This document shows positions 24,296-37,085 of a DNA stretch of 64,000 nt, in pieces (the first letter of the stretch is position 1; each line of letters opens with the position of its first letter). The translations under genes and the position numbers were made by a program. The notes under the pieces were generated by a model. That model saw only the letters and a program-made list of their open reading frames with translations. It was not told the DNA's origin and ran no database searches. This DNA is from Camelus ferus (lineage: Eukaryota), in assembly GCF_009834535.1 (NCBI RefSeq), contig NC_045697.1, forward strand, positions 14,944,001 through 15,008,000. Reading direction: 5' to 3'.

Positions 24296-27144
24296 TCAGT
24301 TTGGATGAGGCACTGAGATACCTCAAAGAGTATTCTGGAGCCATCATTTTTCTCATTGTAATCTTTGGTATAAAAAAATCTCCTGGCAAATACATAATGC
24401 ACCTTGGGCTCTGAGGTCATACATCCTACATGCAGGTCTGAGTCCTACACAGACCTGAAACTGACCGCAATGTCACAAACATGATTGCATTATTTAATTA
24501 TGGTATTTTGTTTATAATTCACCTTTGGTTAGTAACTATTTTTAAGGTTTTCATTCTTTAAATATTTGCCTTTGCCTTTTCTTTACATATTGTGATATAT
24601 CAATATCTAGGATCAGGTACTTTAGTCTGAATGAATATAGTACAACTTAGCACAATAATATTTTCAGATATTAGCAACAATTTGGTGACAATTTGGTAAA
24701 ATAATTGTTGATATTTTAAAAGTGTTTTATGAAAATTTTATTAACTTTATAAAGGAAAAATTGGCAGTGGAACATGAACATTGCATACTCCTAACACATG
24801 GTTATAAATTACATGTTTTTTCCAATAACATCTGAAAAAGAAACTCTAAATTTCAAAACCACTTGGCATACCTACTATATAGTGCTGACATGAAGTAAAG
24901 GGAGGAACTAGAGAGGCCCAATAATTGTTGGTATAATGAATTAATGCATGGGGGATACACGGAACACAGGACCTCCCATTTCTTTACAAATGTCTTAAAA
25001 GCTACATAGGACTCATTGGGTAGGCTAATTCTAGATCATGAAATAAAGGGTTATCAAAAGATTTTAAGGTAATTAAAATGTCACAATAAGATAAGTAGAT
25101 TCATCAATTTGTTTATTCATTCAGTAAATAAGTTTGGATAATTTTTAAGGACCAGGCTAAACATGACAGAAACCAAGTCTCTGCAGATTGAAGACAGCAG
25201 GACAGGTCATCAGAGGGTAAGTCATGAGTTACACTCATTGAGAAGAAACTGGGCCATGTGCCCTGGGTATAAGCAAAGACCCCAGAGATGGTTTCCCAGA
25301 GGCTACAAGGTAGGTATGCGTTCAGGTCTAAAGTCTAAAAGTTGAGGTTGAAATCCTTAAAAATGTGATTTCTGAAGGTTCCTGTCAAAGCATGTTCCCT
25401 CTGAGCTGCAATAACCACTGGCAGAAGGAAGAAGCTGGTTCTATGGTTTTTGACAGAGTCTGGAGACAACCTGCTCTTCTAGCTCGTTATCCGAGGCTCC
25501 CAAGTGAATACCAACCTGCTTGCCTTGCCTCATCTAGAATTAGAGGATAAAGAGAAGGGAAATTAGAAAGTGGTCTTGAAGACCACTGTTTTTTGCTTTT
25601 TGTGTTTAACTTGCTATTACTGTAAAGTCAGAAGAGGGCAAGAATCTTGCATATGGAAAAAATAATGATGGCAATGGGGTAAAAAATTAAAAGACAGGTA
25701 TGGTGTGAGGTGGGATTTTTCTCTGTCTCTTTATTTTCTAAATGTTGTATTAAAATATATTATTAAATACATGATTTTATTCTATTTTAGATAGAAATAT
25801 ATCAAGTAGTTAATAGTCAGCAATAATATAACGTACAAGTCATAGTATGAGAAATTCTTACTTTTTTTCAAAACTTGATATAGACAATTATTATACGAGG
25901 TAAGTTAAAAATGAAGGGTACACCTCTATTTTCAGCAACCCTCTTGGTGTTTAGCGCATAAGTATCCTTTGAGTATTTCTAACGTGTTGATAGACTTTGA
26001 GTCCTGGCACATTCAACTGCAATATGAAATCACTGTGATATTGAAATAGGAATATGTTTATATAAATATGTAGGTACAAAGAGACAGATGTGCATTTATT
26101 AAAAAAAAAAGAAAAAAAATAGATTTTTTCCCCTACTGCAAAGGAATTTTTTAGGATAATTATTTTATACAAGACCAATAACAAAAATATTTCTCTCTCA
26201 TGAGTGCCGCAGTACCAGGTGGCTTTTTGTAACTGCACTTTAAAAACAAATCCATGCAACCATCTCATTTTGTGGTGAGGTTCATAACGTTTATACTTAT
26301 GTGATTTTTTTTTCCCATACTTAAAACACATGACTTTCTCTTATAATGAAATACTATTTTAATAAAAATATAAAATCATTTCGAGTTGAATGCACTCCTT
26401 TTTTGTGCATGTCAAAAATGAAATTAGGAAACACATAAGATGGAAGGTAATATTAGAAACATAAACTGGATATCTCCGTTCTTACAAGTCAGTAGATACG
26501 TTCTCTACTGAAATTTTCAATAATTAATATGACTGTCTTTTTGGAAAAATCTCTAAATCTGAGGAGGTTAAAATCAGTCCCTGTGTATCAACTTGTGAAC
26601 AAGCTAATTTAGCACTTTGTCTGTAAGTGTTTTTGTTTCTTTTTTTTCCTAGTTGCTGATGGGCAATCAGCAGTGTTAAGCCTGCTGACTAATTAAAACA
26701 TTTTCTAAATTATATGGATCTCTGGAGAAGATGCATTCTACTTAACCTTGACATTTGTTTTAAATTACAGGACTTTAACATATTATATCATCCAAGATTT
26801 AAAAATCAACTTTATTGCTTTTCTATTTTGTATCTCAAGTGTTAGATGTCCTATTGAAAGCTAATAAATTAAGGGAAAAGAGAAGAATTCTCCTCTACAC
26901 CTGCCAGAGAGAACCAACAATATTTATAACTATATAGTACCATCTTCCGAAGGAGTTTAAAATCCCCTCTAGATGACTAATCAATAATGTTCCATAAATG
27001 TTCTGTTAAAGTTCTGTAAATCAGGAAGATAGCTGGACAGCTATGTATCAAAACAAAAGCCATTTAGTAGTGACATATTATGAATGCAGGCTCCCTCATT
27101 TAAACTGACTGCTAGAATGATCTTTCAGGAAACTCTTGAGCAGT

Positions 27145-27553
27145 TGTAGAAGACACTGGTGGCACCTGCTCAGACCCCCTCCACAGTCTGGGGCGCCCAT
27201 TCTTAGTGCACAGTGTTGTTCTTAGCAGTGCACAGCTGTGAGTCTCTCCCAAGAACTGCCTTTGCTTGGAAACGCCCAACTGTCGTAGCCTACGGCCAGT
27301 GGCTAAATGATGCAACAAACAAATGGCCAGCCCCCTTCCCCCAAAGTGAGGCAACTCTGTGGTGCCATCTGCCATGCCACATACAAGCCAGAATTTTCCA
27401 TAGAATCAGGCTGAGGCTAAACTTCAGCTGGGCTGACACCTTAATCTAGCCTTATCCTACTCTGCCTCCTCACTCCCTCCTGTGTCTACCTGAGCACCCT
27501 AACAATAAGCCACCTGCACAAGAGTCTGATTCTGTGGAACCTAACTTAAAACA
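27145..27553 (+). mobile_element. ERVL LTR16-like LTR
   Basis: TG start; CAGGCTGAGGCTA...CCTGAGCACCCT...AATAAGCCACCTGCA...GGAACCTAACTTAAAACA end. Confidence 0.7.
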
Positions 27554-27658
27554 GAATGTTTCCAAGACCAACATCATTAATATAATACCTACAATTCATT
27601 CAAAGCCCAGTTTACAGGCATTTCACAACTACCATCTGACTAAATCCTCACATTTTTG

Positions 27659-27768
27659 CAGGGTGATCAACCATCACTATTTGGTACAGAGGGGTTTCCT
27701 GGGATGTAGGACTTTCAGTAGTAAAACCAGAAAAGACTCAAGCAAATTAGAAAATATTTGTCACCCTA
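27659..27768 (+). mobile_element. MER81-like hAT-Blackjack MITE inside a minus-strand MIR
   Basis: AGGGTGATCAA ... TTGTCACCCTA terminal inverted repeats; GAGGGGTTTCCTGGGA...GGACTTTCAGT body. Confidence 0.7.
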
Positions 27769-28227
27769 TCCAAGCCTCTCCTCTTTCTGATAAACTACAG
27801 CTAGCAAAGGTAGATAACGTGCAAAGTCTCAAAGCAACATAGGTGAGATCCAGGATCCCAACTCAAGTGTGTCTGTCTCCAAAGATTATGCTTGTTCCAA
27901 CTCACCAGGTGGCTACCAAATGTTTGCACCACTCATTCCAGCTTTGTTTGTTGTCCAAAGTCTTCCTCTTTTATGAATGTATTGTTAATAGGGCTAAAAG
28001 CAAATTGCTTGTTTTGCTTTATGGATTAACTGATTTTTAAAGGATGAAACAGGCAAATACAGGATGACATCAAAATGTGGTCCAGCTTGTCCTGACTGCT
28101 AACTGGCTTAATTGCCCTATCCTGTTTTAGACCATTTTCATCTGTTATATTCAAGCCCAAATTTAATATCCAATGGGAAGATAAGATGATCAATAACGAC
28201 TTTCTGGAGAAAAGCCATGTTTTAAAA

Positions 28228-28430
28228 AATTTTTTTACTTGAAGTATTTACAACACTGTGTTAGTTTCAGGTATATAACAAAGGGATTCAGTTACACACA
28301 CACACACATACGTTCTTTTTCAGATTCTTTTCTTTTATAAATTATTATAAGATATTGAATAAAGTTCTCTGTGCTATACAGTAGGTCCTTGTTTTTTTAA
28401 TCTATTTTGTATATAGTAGTGCATATCTGT
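28228..28430 (-). mobile_element. LINE-1 3' UTR fragment (artiodactyl-type)
   Basis: TTAGTTTCAGGT...TTCTTTTTCAGATTCTTT...ATATTGAAT...GTGCTATACAGTAGGTCCTTG. Confidence 0.85.
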
Positions 28431-28814
28431 CAAATGTACTGAAATTAAGTTGGAGTTTAGTATGGATAGACAATAAAGATAAACCAGATAAATATTTTAA
28501 TAAGTGCCTCATTTATTATAGGTACTATGTTAACTAGGTATTTCATTTATTCTTCCTCAGTGAATCCTAGAAAACTGACTTATTTAAAAAATTGATGTTG
28601 GACAGACAAAAGTGATGTAAAATAAATAAAAGCTGGAACAATTTTCACAAAGTGTTGAGAAGTTACAAGAAAAAGACATAGTGAAACAGATGCTCTGGAT
28701 AGCCACTGAGCTTTGGAAAGTCATGAAAGTGGACACATCAGACATAAGAAGATGACTCCTTTAGAAAGCTTTATGAAAACCAAAGAAAGCCTAAAGCTCC
28801 TTAAATGATGACAA

Positions 28815-29025
28815 CAGTGGTACAGAATAGTAGTCGAGTATGATCTTTGAGTCGAAACTGCTGAGTTTGAATTACGGCTTTATCACTAACTAAATATGTG
28901 AATCTAGGTAAATTATTTACCATCTCTGTGACTCAGTCTCCTCATCTATAAAATAGGAATAGTACCTACTGGATAGTCTATGAAAATTAATGGCTGATGG
29001 CTTATAAGCACTTCGCACAGTCCTG
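28815..29025 (+). mobile_element. MIR SINE
   Basis: CTCTGTGACTCAGTCTCCTCATCTATAAAATAGG core. Confidence 0.85.
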
Positions 29026-29200
29026 TGGACAGCATTTCCTAGATTTTCCGTAATCACAAAAGTTCTGGCTTAAATTGAAACCAAACCCTTTTTTAAAAAT
29101 TGATGTTAAATTTTCTTTTAAACCCCAGTGGTTGAGGGGGAAAAAGGAAGAGGAGTCACTATGCAAGCAGTGTTTATAGTAATCATGTACAGAATATTAC

Positions 29201-29212
29201 CTTGAATTATTT
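29201..29212 (-). other. Candidate 12-nt microexon (AAATAATTCAAG)
   Basis: ctgtcttcacag|AAATAATTCAAG|gtaata on the minus strand; open in phase 1. Confidence 0.2.
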
Positions 29213-29369
29213 CTGTGAAGACAGATACCTTGTGGTTTTGGAATATAAAGAGTTCCATGTTATCTTTAGAAACACTAAACTGCACTGAAATATCATATCA
29301 GTAACATCTTGACCTTTAAATAATTACTAACATTAATATAACATGTAACATGAAAAGGGATTTTGCAAA

Positions 29370-29565
29370 GGGCTTTATATGGATTTTATTTTCATTTAAT
29401 TTTAACAATGTTTTGCTGTAGGTACTGTTATCCTCATTTTACAGGTGAGGAAATAAAGGTTGGATGAACTTGAATAACTTACCTGAGTTCACAGTGATGG
29501 TGGTAGAGCCTACATTAAAAACGAGATATTCTGATGTTAAGCACATACTCCTGACAACTGCACAA
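29370..29565 (-). mobile_element. MIR SINE
   Basis: TCCTCATTTTACAGGTGAGGAAAT core. Confidence 0.85.
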
Positions 29566-29964
29566 TGGTGCTTTTTAAAGGAATAATGTGAGATGGGGAC
29601 AGAATGGTGACATTGGTAACTACAGCTTCCCTCTTCATTTTTAGCTCTTACAGTGCTTCATAATGTACCCTGACTGTTAAAGTGACTGCTAGATGCCTGC
29701 CTGCAGGACATTACTGTCCCAGAGCACATTTCCTGACAAGAGAACCATGGAGCCAACTGAGCAACTTCCTATCTGGGACCTCAGAGGCAGACCAGGACCA
29801 GCAGAGTATGGTGCTGTACTGCAGGCAGAGTTGAAAATGAGCGCAGAAGTTGAGTGAAGTATCCTTGAGCATAGTCTGGTCCTCCTCATCTTTATGGCCC
29901 TGAGGCATATGCCATCAATTCATCCAGAACTGATCTGAGTCAAAACTCTGGTGCATCCACTCAC

Positions 29965-30170
29965 TTCATTCCATCTTTTTCTACTCCACATTCCATCCAT
30001 TTCATCCCTTTCCATTCCACTCTATTCCTTTATATTCCAGTCCATTCCATTCAAATGTATTCCATTCAAATGTATTGATTACTTATCCCAATTTAGTCTC
30101 TAAGAAAGACGCAGTTGCTGCTACAAAGATGAAAATGATTCGGTTTTGCTCTCAAGGAGCTCTCAGGCTG
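29965..30170 (-). repeat. Degenerate (CCATT)n expansion at an L2 tail
   Basis: Repeated TTCCA/CCATT units, then CATTCAAATGTATTGA and CTCAAGGAGCT L2 motifs. Confidence 0.65.
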
Positions 30171-30909
30171 ACCAAGCTTCATTCAATAGATAATAGATAA
30201 ATTAATCTTTGTTTACAAAACAAAGTAGTTTACAACATATCTCAATCTGTGAACTGGAATGCATCATAAAATAACTTGAATACCCCTGGCTCTAAAACAA
30301 GATTTGGCTACAAGAGTCTTCCTATTGCTAGACAAGACTACTTAGAAGATTTCATTCTTGGGAACTTCATTTGTGAGGGTACAATAAGACATTTTTCAAG
30401 ATATATTTCCAATAATCTATAAAATTAAGACTCAGAGTCTACAGTCTTAAATCAAAGCTCTCTTTTCCTCTGAAAGTGCTAAGCCATCACTGTTAGATTT
30501 TATACCAGTCATGTTTCTCTGTCATTTTTGCCAACCCCTCCTTTCTGTAAAGTACCATGATAGCTAGGAAAAACAGAATGCAAGTATCATTTTAGTTGTA
30601 GGAATTCTAGACTCTACTTTTCTGAAACACCCTGCTTAATTTCTGTAGAGTTTGAAAAGACCCTATTTTCATTAATTCTGTATTTAAAATCTATATTTCC
30701 ATATGAATTGATTGGAGAAACAAAATGTGCTCAACACTTCATGCTGTTACTTTGGGGAATATATTCCAGTCTCTGGGTTCCTCATTCTCTGACTATACAT
30801 TATTTTTGCTTTTATTCTAGAGTTTCTCAAAGATAAGCATATATATTATCTAAATTAACAATCCCTGGGGTGTTTTTTTTAAGTTTCCATCCATTTTTGC
30901 TTCGTGTGT

Positions 30910-31236
30910 TTTTTTTTTTAATTTAAGTATAGTTGATTTACAATATTGTGTTAGCTCCAGGTGTACAGCAACGTGATTCAATTATACATATACATACATC
31001 TATTGTTTTGCAGTCTTCTCCATTATAGCTTATTATAAGATATTGAATAGAGTTCCCTGTGCTATAAGGTAGGTCCTTGTTGTTTATCTATTTTATATAT
31101 AGTAGTGTGTATATGTTAATCTCAAACTTCTATTTACCCCTTCTCCTCACTCTTTCCCCTTTTGGTAATCATAGTTTGTTTTCTATGTCTATGAGTTTAT
31201 CTCTGGCTTGTAAATAAATTCATTTGTATCATTTTT
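30910..31236 (-). mobile_element. LINE-1 3' UTR fragment
   Basis: T-tract then AAGTATAGTTGATTTACAATATTGTGTTAG...GTAAATAAATTCATTTGTATCATTTTT. Confidence 0.9.
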
Positions 31237-32555
31237 AAAATGTCTGCTCCTGGATGCTACCTCATCCCTAAAACCCTGGCTCTTTGGAGCTGGTACACCA
31301 GTTTCCAAATACTCTCCCTCAGTGACTCTTAGCCTCTGTCTTTTTCAAGCTGCTGGACTAGTCATTATGCCCAATGATGGTGCCAGGGGCTTTCCTTCAC
31401 CTGCCTGATAGTGATTCCTGGGCACTCTCACTCAAACAAGCTCACACGAATTAGGCACTGGGAGAGCAAGGGAGGCTCAGGTGGGGAGATGTCATTGGCT
31501 TCCAGATGCTTCATTTAATTCCAGGAAGTCAAGAAGAGAAAACTGGGCCAGAAGAGCATAAGTGCTAAAACCCATGGGCCCAGCTGCTGATGTCTTGCTG
31601 AAGCTGAATATTTGAGATTTTGCAAGCTAGGCAATGTTACAAGTTCACATGGTGTACAAATTCTGATGTATTGCTGCATCTGCTAATTCTACGTTCTCAG
31701 TATTGTTTTGTTTTACCTTGTATTTTAAGTTTGATTGCAACAAATGATAACAAATAACCAAAAGGTAAAAGAAAGAAGACTCTCTATGTAGCTGCTATGT
31801 TATTACCTCATTTAATCTGTATAACACTCCAAGAAGAGACTACTGCTTCTCTATATTAAAAATAAAGCAAACGAAACAAAAACTAGATAAGTAATTTATT
31901 CAAAGTTAGTAAGTCTCAGCACTGGACAGGAAGCCCTAATGCATAATCTATGTTTTCTTCTACTGCACCATCTTATGTCCATTTCTTCCCCTCAAATATG
32001 TACCACTTAAAGAAACAACTGTGAAATTACACTGAGGCGATATAGCAATGAGAGAGAATTTCTGTACATCCACACAACAGTTTCATTTCCTCACGATCAC
32101 ACTTCCTGTCCATTTACTGAAAAACCAGAGTCTGCTCTTTGGGCACCACTCACTGAGGATTAAATTGGCATAGATATTTCAGATACTCTTTTATTTCCCA
32201 AACTGTGTGGTAGATCAAGGTTCTTGCCAGTGTAAAAACTACTCAAAACTTTTGCTGTCATTTTCAAACTTGTATTTTAGACGTCAACGTTCACTGGACA
32301 GTATACTGTTGAAGGCTGCTTTTAATGTGGTGCCTAACGGCAGCTTCTGGACAGTAATGGTGGGTAAATGTGCTACACCATAGAACAGAACACACTGAAT
32401 ATCGCTTATGCTTTAAAGTTCATGATACCAAAAGAGCAGTAGGAAACTTTTAAACATTTGTATTCTAAAGCACATAAGCTTATCAATTTTTGTGTGTCTG
32501 GTATAGCTCTTGGCACACTGCAGAAGCCAAAACCAAACAAACAAAAATCACTATC

Positions 32556-33007
32556 TGTACAGGGTTGAATAGTATTGCCTAAAAAATTCATGTCCACCTG
32601 GAACCTGTGAACGTGATCTTATTTGTAAATAGGGTCTTTATAGATATAATCAAGTTAGGACAAGGTCATGCTGGGTTAGAATGGGCCCTAAATCCAGTAA
32701 GACTGGAGTCCTTAGAGGAAGAGGGAAATTTGGACACAGAAACAGACACACAAAAAAGAAGGCCACGAGGAGACAGACAATGGAGTGATGCGTTTATAAA
32801 CCAAAGAATGCCAAGGATTGTCCTCAACCACCCGAAGCTTGAAGAGTCAAGGGAAGGATCTTCCTCAGAGCCTTCAGGGGCAGTATGGCCCTGCCAACAC
32901 CTTGATTTTGGATGTCTAGCTTCCAGAATGGTGAGATAATTCATTTCTGTTGTTTTAAGTCACACAGTTTATGGTACTTTGTTACAGCAGCCCTAGGAAA
33001 CTAATAA
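32556..33007 (+). mobile_element. MaLR LTR (MLT1C-like), near full length
   Basis: GGGTTGAAT...AAATAGGGTCTTT...GGCCCTGCCAACACCTTGATTT...TTTGTTACAGCAGCCCTAGGAAACTAAT. Confidence 0.9.
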
Positions 33008-33569
33008 CTTCATCCATAAATACGCACCTACAGCATACAAGGCACCACGCTCTGTGTTGAGAGTAGGGACCAGTGGGAATATGAGCCTGGCTTTCGAGGC
33101 CCATATCCTCGCGGGTAGGTGTGGAGCAGGAGGGCAAACGAGGCCCACTTTCTTTTAGCTCTAGCCTATTACTTCTCTCCTAAAGAGCCACAGGCCGTTC
33201 TTTCTTTCTATCTTCCTCATTACTCACAGTCTCACTCAAGCTTCTACAATGCCAGTGTGTGTGCCCTATGCGAACGTGGCAAGACTAAAACCACAAAACC
33301 ATTATCGTAAAACTATAGCTTTTAAAATCCATCCAATGCATAAAAACAAATAGCTTTTAAACAAATAGCTTTCCAAATCCATCCAGTGCATAGAAAAACT
33401 ACCTGGACTCCCGCTAATGCAGCGGGCCTCCCACACTTTACAGTTCCACGTCTTCCATCACAGCAGCTGAAGTGTCTTTTGTCAAACTTGGGGATCCCAT
33501 TTTATAAGGTGGTCTTTATAAAATTTCATTCTTCCTAAATTACAAGAATCAGCAGAAAATGCTCCATTG

Positions 33570-33660
33570 AGAGAAAGGAAGGGAGAGGGGAGGAAAGAGA
33601 GAAAGAAAGAGGGAGGGAGGGAGGGAGGAAGGAAGGAAGGAAGGAAGGAAGGAAGGAAGG
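33570..33660. repeat. Polypurine (GGGA)n(GGAA)n tract
   Basis: Visible tetranucleotide runs. Confidence 0.95.
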
Positions 33661-35121
33661 ACAAAAATAATGAATGGATTCAGGGGTTCTTCATATTCTT
33701 AATATTGATTTCCTTGGTGCTGTAAATTAAGAAAAAATTTTACTTGTGCATAATGCTCCATGACTTTGTTTATACATTTATATGAGACCTTACAGAAAAT
33801 GGAAAGAGTTTCACTGAAATTTTAATGTCTGAATTGAGCTAACATGCACTGAGCGCCTATTCTTTTTCAGAAGTTCTACCAGACACCTTTCTACATGCTT
33901 TTTAAGAATCCTATTGGCAATTTTGCCAATTTACATATGATAAAATCGAGGTGCACAGAGTTTCAATAATTTGTGTACATAATAATACACTATTATAACA
34001 AATAGAAATGCTGGGCCTTTGACTTAATTAGGTCATCAGATTTGAAAATCTCAGTGCTTCTTCTGCTAAACCACCTTGCCTTCCCAAATATATTTTCACA
34101 CAAATCCAAGGGCATGTGTTATCACGAGAGGAATCTTTTTTCTTTCTTTCTTTTTTTTTTTTTTTTTGCTTTTATAGAACAGACACATGGCCAAATAAGA
34201 TAAGAAGAAGTCTTACATTTTGTAGTTAAAATCACACTGCCACATGATGACCTTTAATAACAAAAATAGACAACATCACAGGTACACAGCGTTCAAGCAG
34301 CAGTTTTCCAACACTGAGCCACAGCTAAAGTTGCTGCACGTGGATGCTTCGGACACTCTGACATCGAGGCTCACATCAGGTGAGTATGAACAAGAAAGAG
34401 GCTGCTCTCTTATTAGGGATAATCAGAAGTCTAAACTCAAGGAAAGAAGTTTTGGCGTCCACCAGAGGTGCCTTCCAGAAATCAAGGCCCTTCTGATATA
34501 AACATGATGTAAACAAAGCACTAACCATCAAGAGAAGCTTGGAGCACAGGAAGAAGAAAACTTGGAGACCCTGAAGGTAGTATGTTCCAGAACAGGATAC
34601 AAGAGAGGCTCCTGGATGACAGCCACAGATCTGACCGCCTCTGAGAGTGCTCCAGGGAAACTTTGGGTGTCAGTGTCTTGAGGAGCTGGTTTTTGCACAT
34701 CCAACTGCCACCCTCCCCCCAGAACAGATTGTGGTCAAATAAATTTCAGAAACTGCATTCTCTATCACCCACCAGAAAATTCATGATGTTCTTTAGCATA
34801 TGAAAGCGTTGAAAAGCCCTGCATTAAAGGAAACTTAAATCAGAGTTTCCAAAAGTAAGTGAGTCAGAGATTCTGTTTTATTTTTTAAAGTTAAAATTGA
34901 TTAGTATCTCTGATGGAAAGAGACAGATTTGGGTAAACCTGATGTAAGGCAAAACCATCTCATACTGCAGAACATTAGATAGCTCTTGCCCATAGTGGCA
35001 AGCTTAGCTTAGAGCGACCATTGTCCTCAAAGTTATCAAGGAAATGTTTTTGCATCCTAGATCCACCAAGCTCCCAAGTACAAAATTATTTGCATGTGGG
35101 TTCAAAATGTACTTTGTCAAG

Positions 35122-35597
35122 TGTGAACGAAAATAACTGCAACCGTATCAGTAAACAAAAAATGCTGAAACCAAGTCATCAGCGGCTGCCGCCACCCCCT
35201 CAGTGAGGACAGGCCTGCAGCCCGGCCTCTGCAGCCACTCACAATGGTGCCCTCTGAGGGGACTCAGAATAAGAAAGGACAGGACATTGGCCCTAGATAG
35301 CTAGGTGCTTGTCAAAGGAATGAATTCAGTGAGCCCAAATGTTTGCTTCCTCCTATACATACAAAAGCACTAAATTCTTCAACTTGAGATGCATGGTTTT
35401 CTTTAGATAACAAGTAATCTTTTAACGTTCCAACTACCTGGTCTTTGTTGTAAAGCTCCTATATATCCTAGCTCCTCCTCTACCTCTTCAGAGCAGTCCC
35501 TCAGAGTGATCTGAGAGGCTGTCATCCCGGCTCAAGTCCTCCCGCCAAATAAAACATAACTCTTGGCTTTCAGGCTGCGCATTTATTTCAGTCGGCA
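35122..35597 (+). mobile_element. ERV1-type solo LTR, 476 bp
   Basis: TG...CA termini; 4-bp TSD CAAG (35118-35121 and 35598-35601); TATATA near 35460; AATAAA at 35548-35553. Confidence 0.9.
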
Positions 35598-35800
35598 CAA
35601 GAGAACAGGAGAGGATTTTATCTAATGCTGGTTCTAATCCATACTAAATTGTCCATTTCATGGAGGCAAGGATGATGTTTTTTCCCTAACTCCTGACTCT
35701 TAGGAAATGGACAATTCCCAACACACAGGAGGCTCCCGATAAATATTCATTGAATGTTGAATGAATGATTAAGTAAATACATAAATGTCATTAAGTTATA

Positions 35801-36682
35801 CTGTTGGTTCTCATTATTCACAGGTTCTGTACTTGTAAATGAAACCACTTGCTAAAATTTAGCTGTAATCTCCATATTGATACTTATGGTGCTATGAGGT
35901 CATTCACAGATTTGTACATGTGTAAGCACCAAAAAATCTGAGTCACCTGATGTGCACATTCCTAGCTGACTTGGAGAAAGGTGACATTCTGCCTTCTTGT
36001 TTCAATTCAGCTCTCAAACTGTAAACGTGTCCTTTTCACAGTTTTTAGGGCCATGTTTTCCATATTTTGTCATTTATGTTGGTGATTTTGCTGTTTAAAG
36101 CAGCCCCATACACAGTACTGAAGTGCTATCTAGCGACCTAAGCACAAGACACTGTGCCTTATGGAGAAAAAGGGAGCATTAGATAAGCTTCATTCAAACA
36201 TGAGGCATAGGGTTGTTGCCTGTGAGTTCAATGTTAAAAAACCAACAACATACAGTTAACCCTTGAACAACACAGGTTTGAACTGTGCAGGTCCACTTAT
36301 ATGCAATTTTTTTCAATAGTAAATACTAGAGGGCTACATGATCCAAGGTTGGTTGAATCACACACATGGAACTGCAGATACAGAAAAATCACTGATATTG
36401 ATTGGGTCAACTATAAGGTACTAGGATTTTTGACTATGTGGGGTTCAGCATTCTTAACCACTGTGTTGTTCAAAGGTCAACTGTATATTAAAAAGAGGAG
36501 GTCTTTAAACAGAAGTACACATAATACTAAGATACTGATGGATTAGTTGGTGAAAATATGACCAGAGGCTCACAGGAACCTAACCCCAGATTTTCTCTAG
36601 GAACAATGGCCCAATACTTGTTAATTCAGTATTCACAATGATTCTACAGAACACAACTGCCACAGATAATGAGAATTGACTG
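35801..36682 (+). mobile_element. MER82-like Tigger element (interrupted)
   Basis: TIRs CTGTTGGTTCTCATTATT / ATAATGAGAATTGACTG; body resembles the remembered MER82 consensus on both sides of the nested MITE. Confidence 0.8.
36253..36483 (+). mobile_element. Tigger2-derived MITE nested in MER82
   Basis: CAGTTAACCCTTGAACAACAC ... GTGTTGTTCAAAGGTCAACTG with TA on both flanks. Confidence 0.88.
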
Positions 36683-37085
36683 CTCTCAGACATCTACAAA
36701 TCTTAATAGCGTATTAAAGGTTTAAGTCTTATAGGAAGAAAAACTAGTTTAACCTTGTTTAATCCATTGCTTACCAAATGTTTATGACTACAGATCTAAC
36801 GTTTAAAGAATACAATATGTATTATCGTCCCATAGGACACATTCAATCAGTGGAATGGCTCTACAGTGCGTGTTAAGTGTTAAGAGGTCTTTGCAATCTT
36901 TCTATAGAGGCCACTTGGCCTAGGTTTCAGGGGTTTTTTGTTTTTGTTCTTGCTTTTGTTTTTGTTTTTGTTTTTGTTTTTGGAGTCTCATAATGTTTTA
37001 ACATACTTTGCGTTTTGATAATTTTTTTAAAACAATGAAAACAAAAATTCTATATGAGCATGGGTACAAATCTTTTGATGCCTAG

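Noticed and set aside
25951..26331. 126-aa ORF, and similar 100-130 aa ORFs at 13562, 47749, 53969 and 59997
   Set aside because: Compositionally biased or repeat-derived, with no homology or exon signals
29476..29486. Consensus minus-strand donor CAG|GTAAGT
   Set aside because: Lies inside a MIR core, with no supporting acceptor or start codon
29965..30075. Satellite-III-like (CCATT)n
   Set aside because: Short and degenerate; explained as an expansion of an L2 tail
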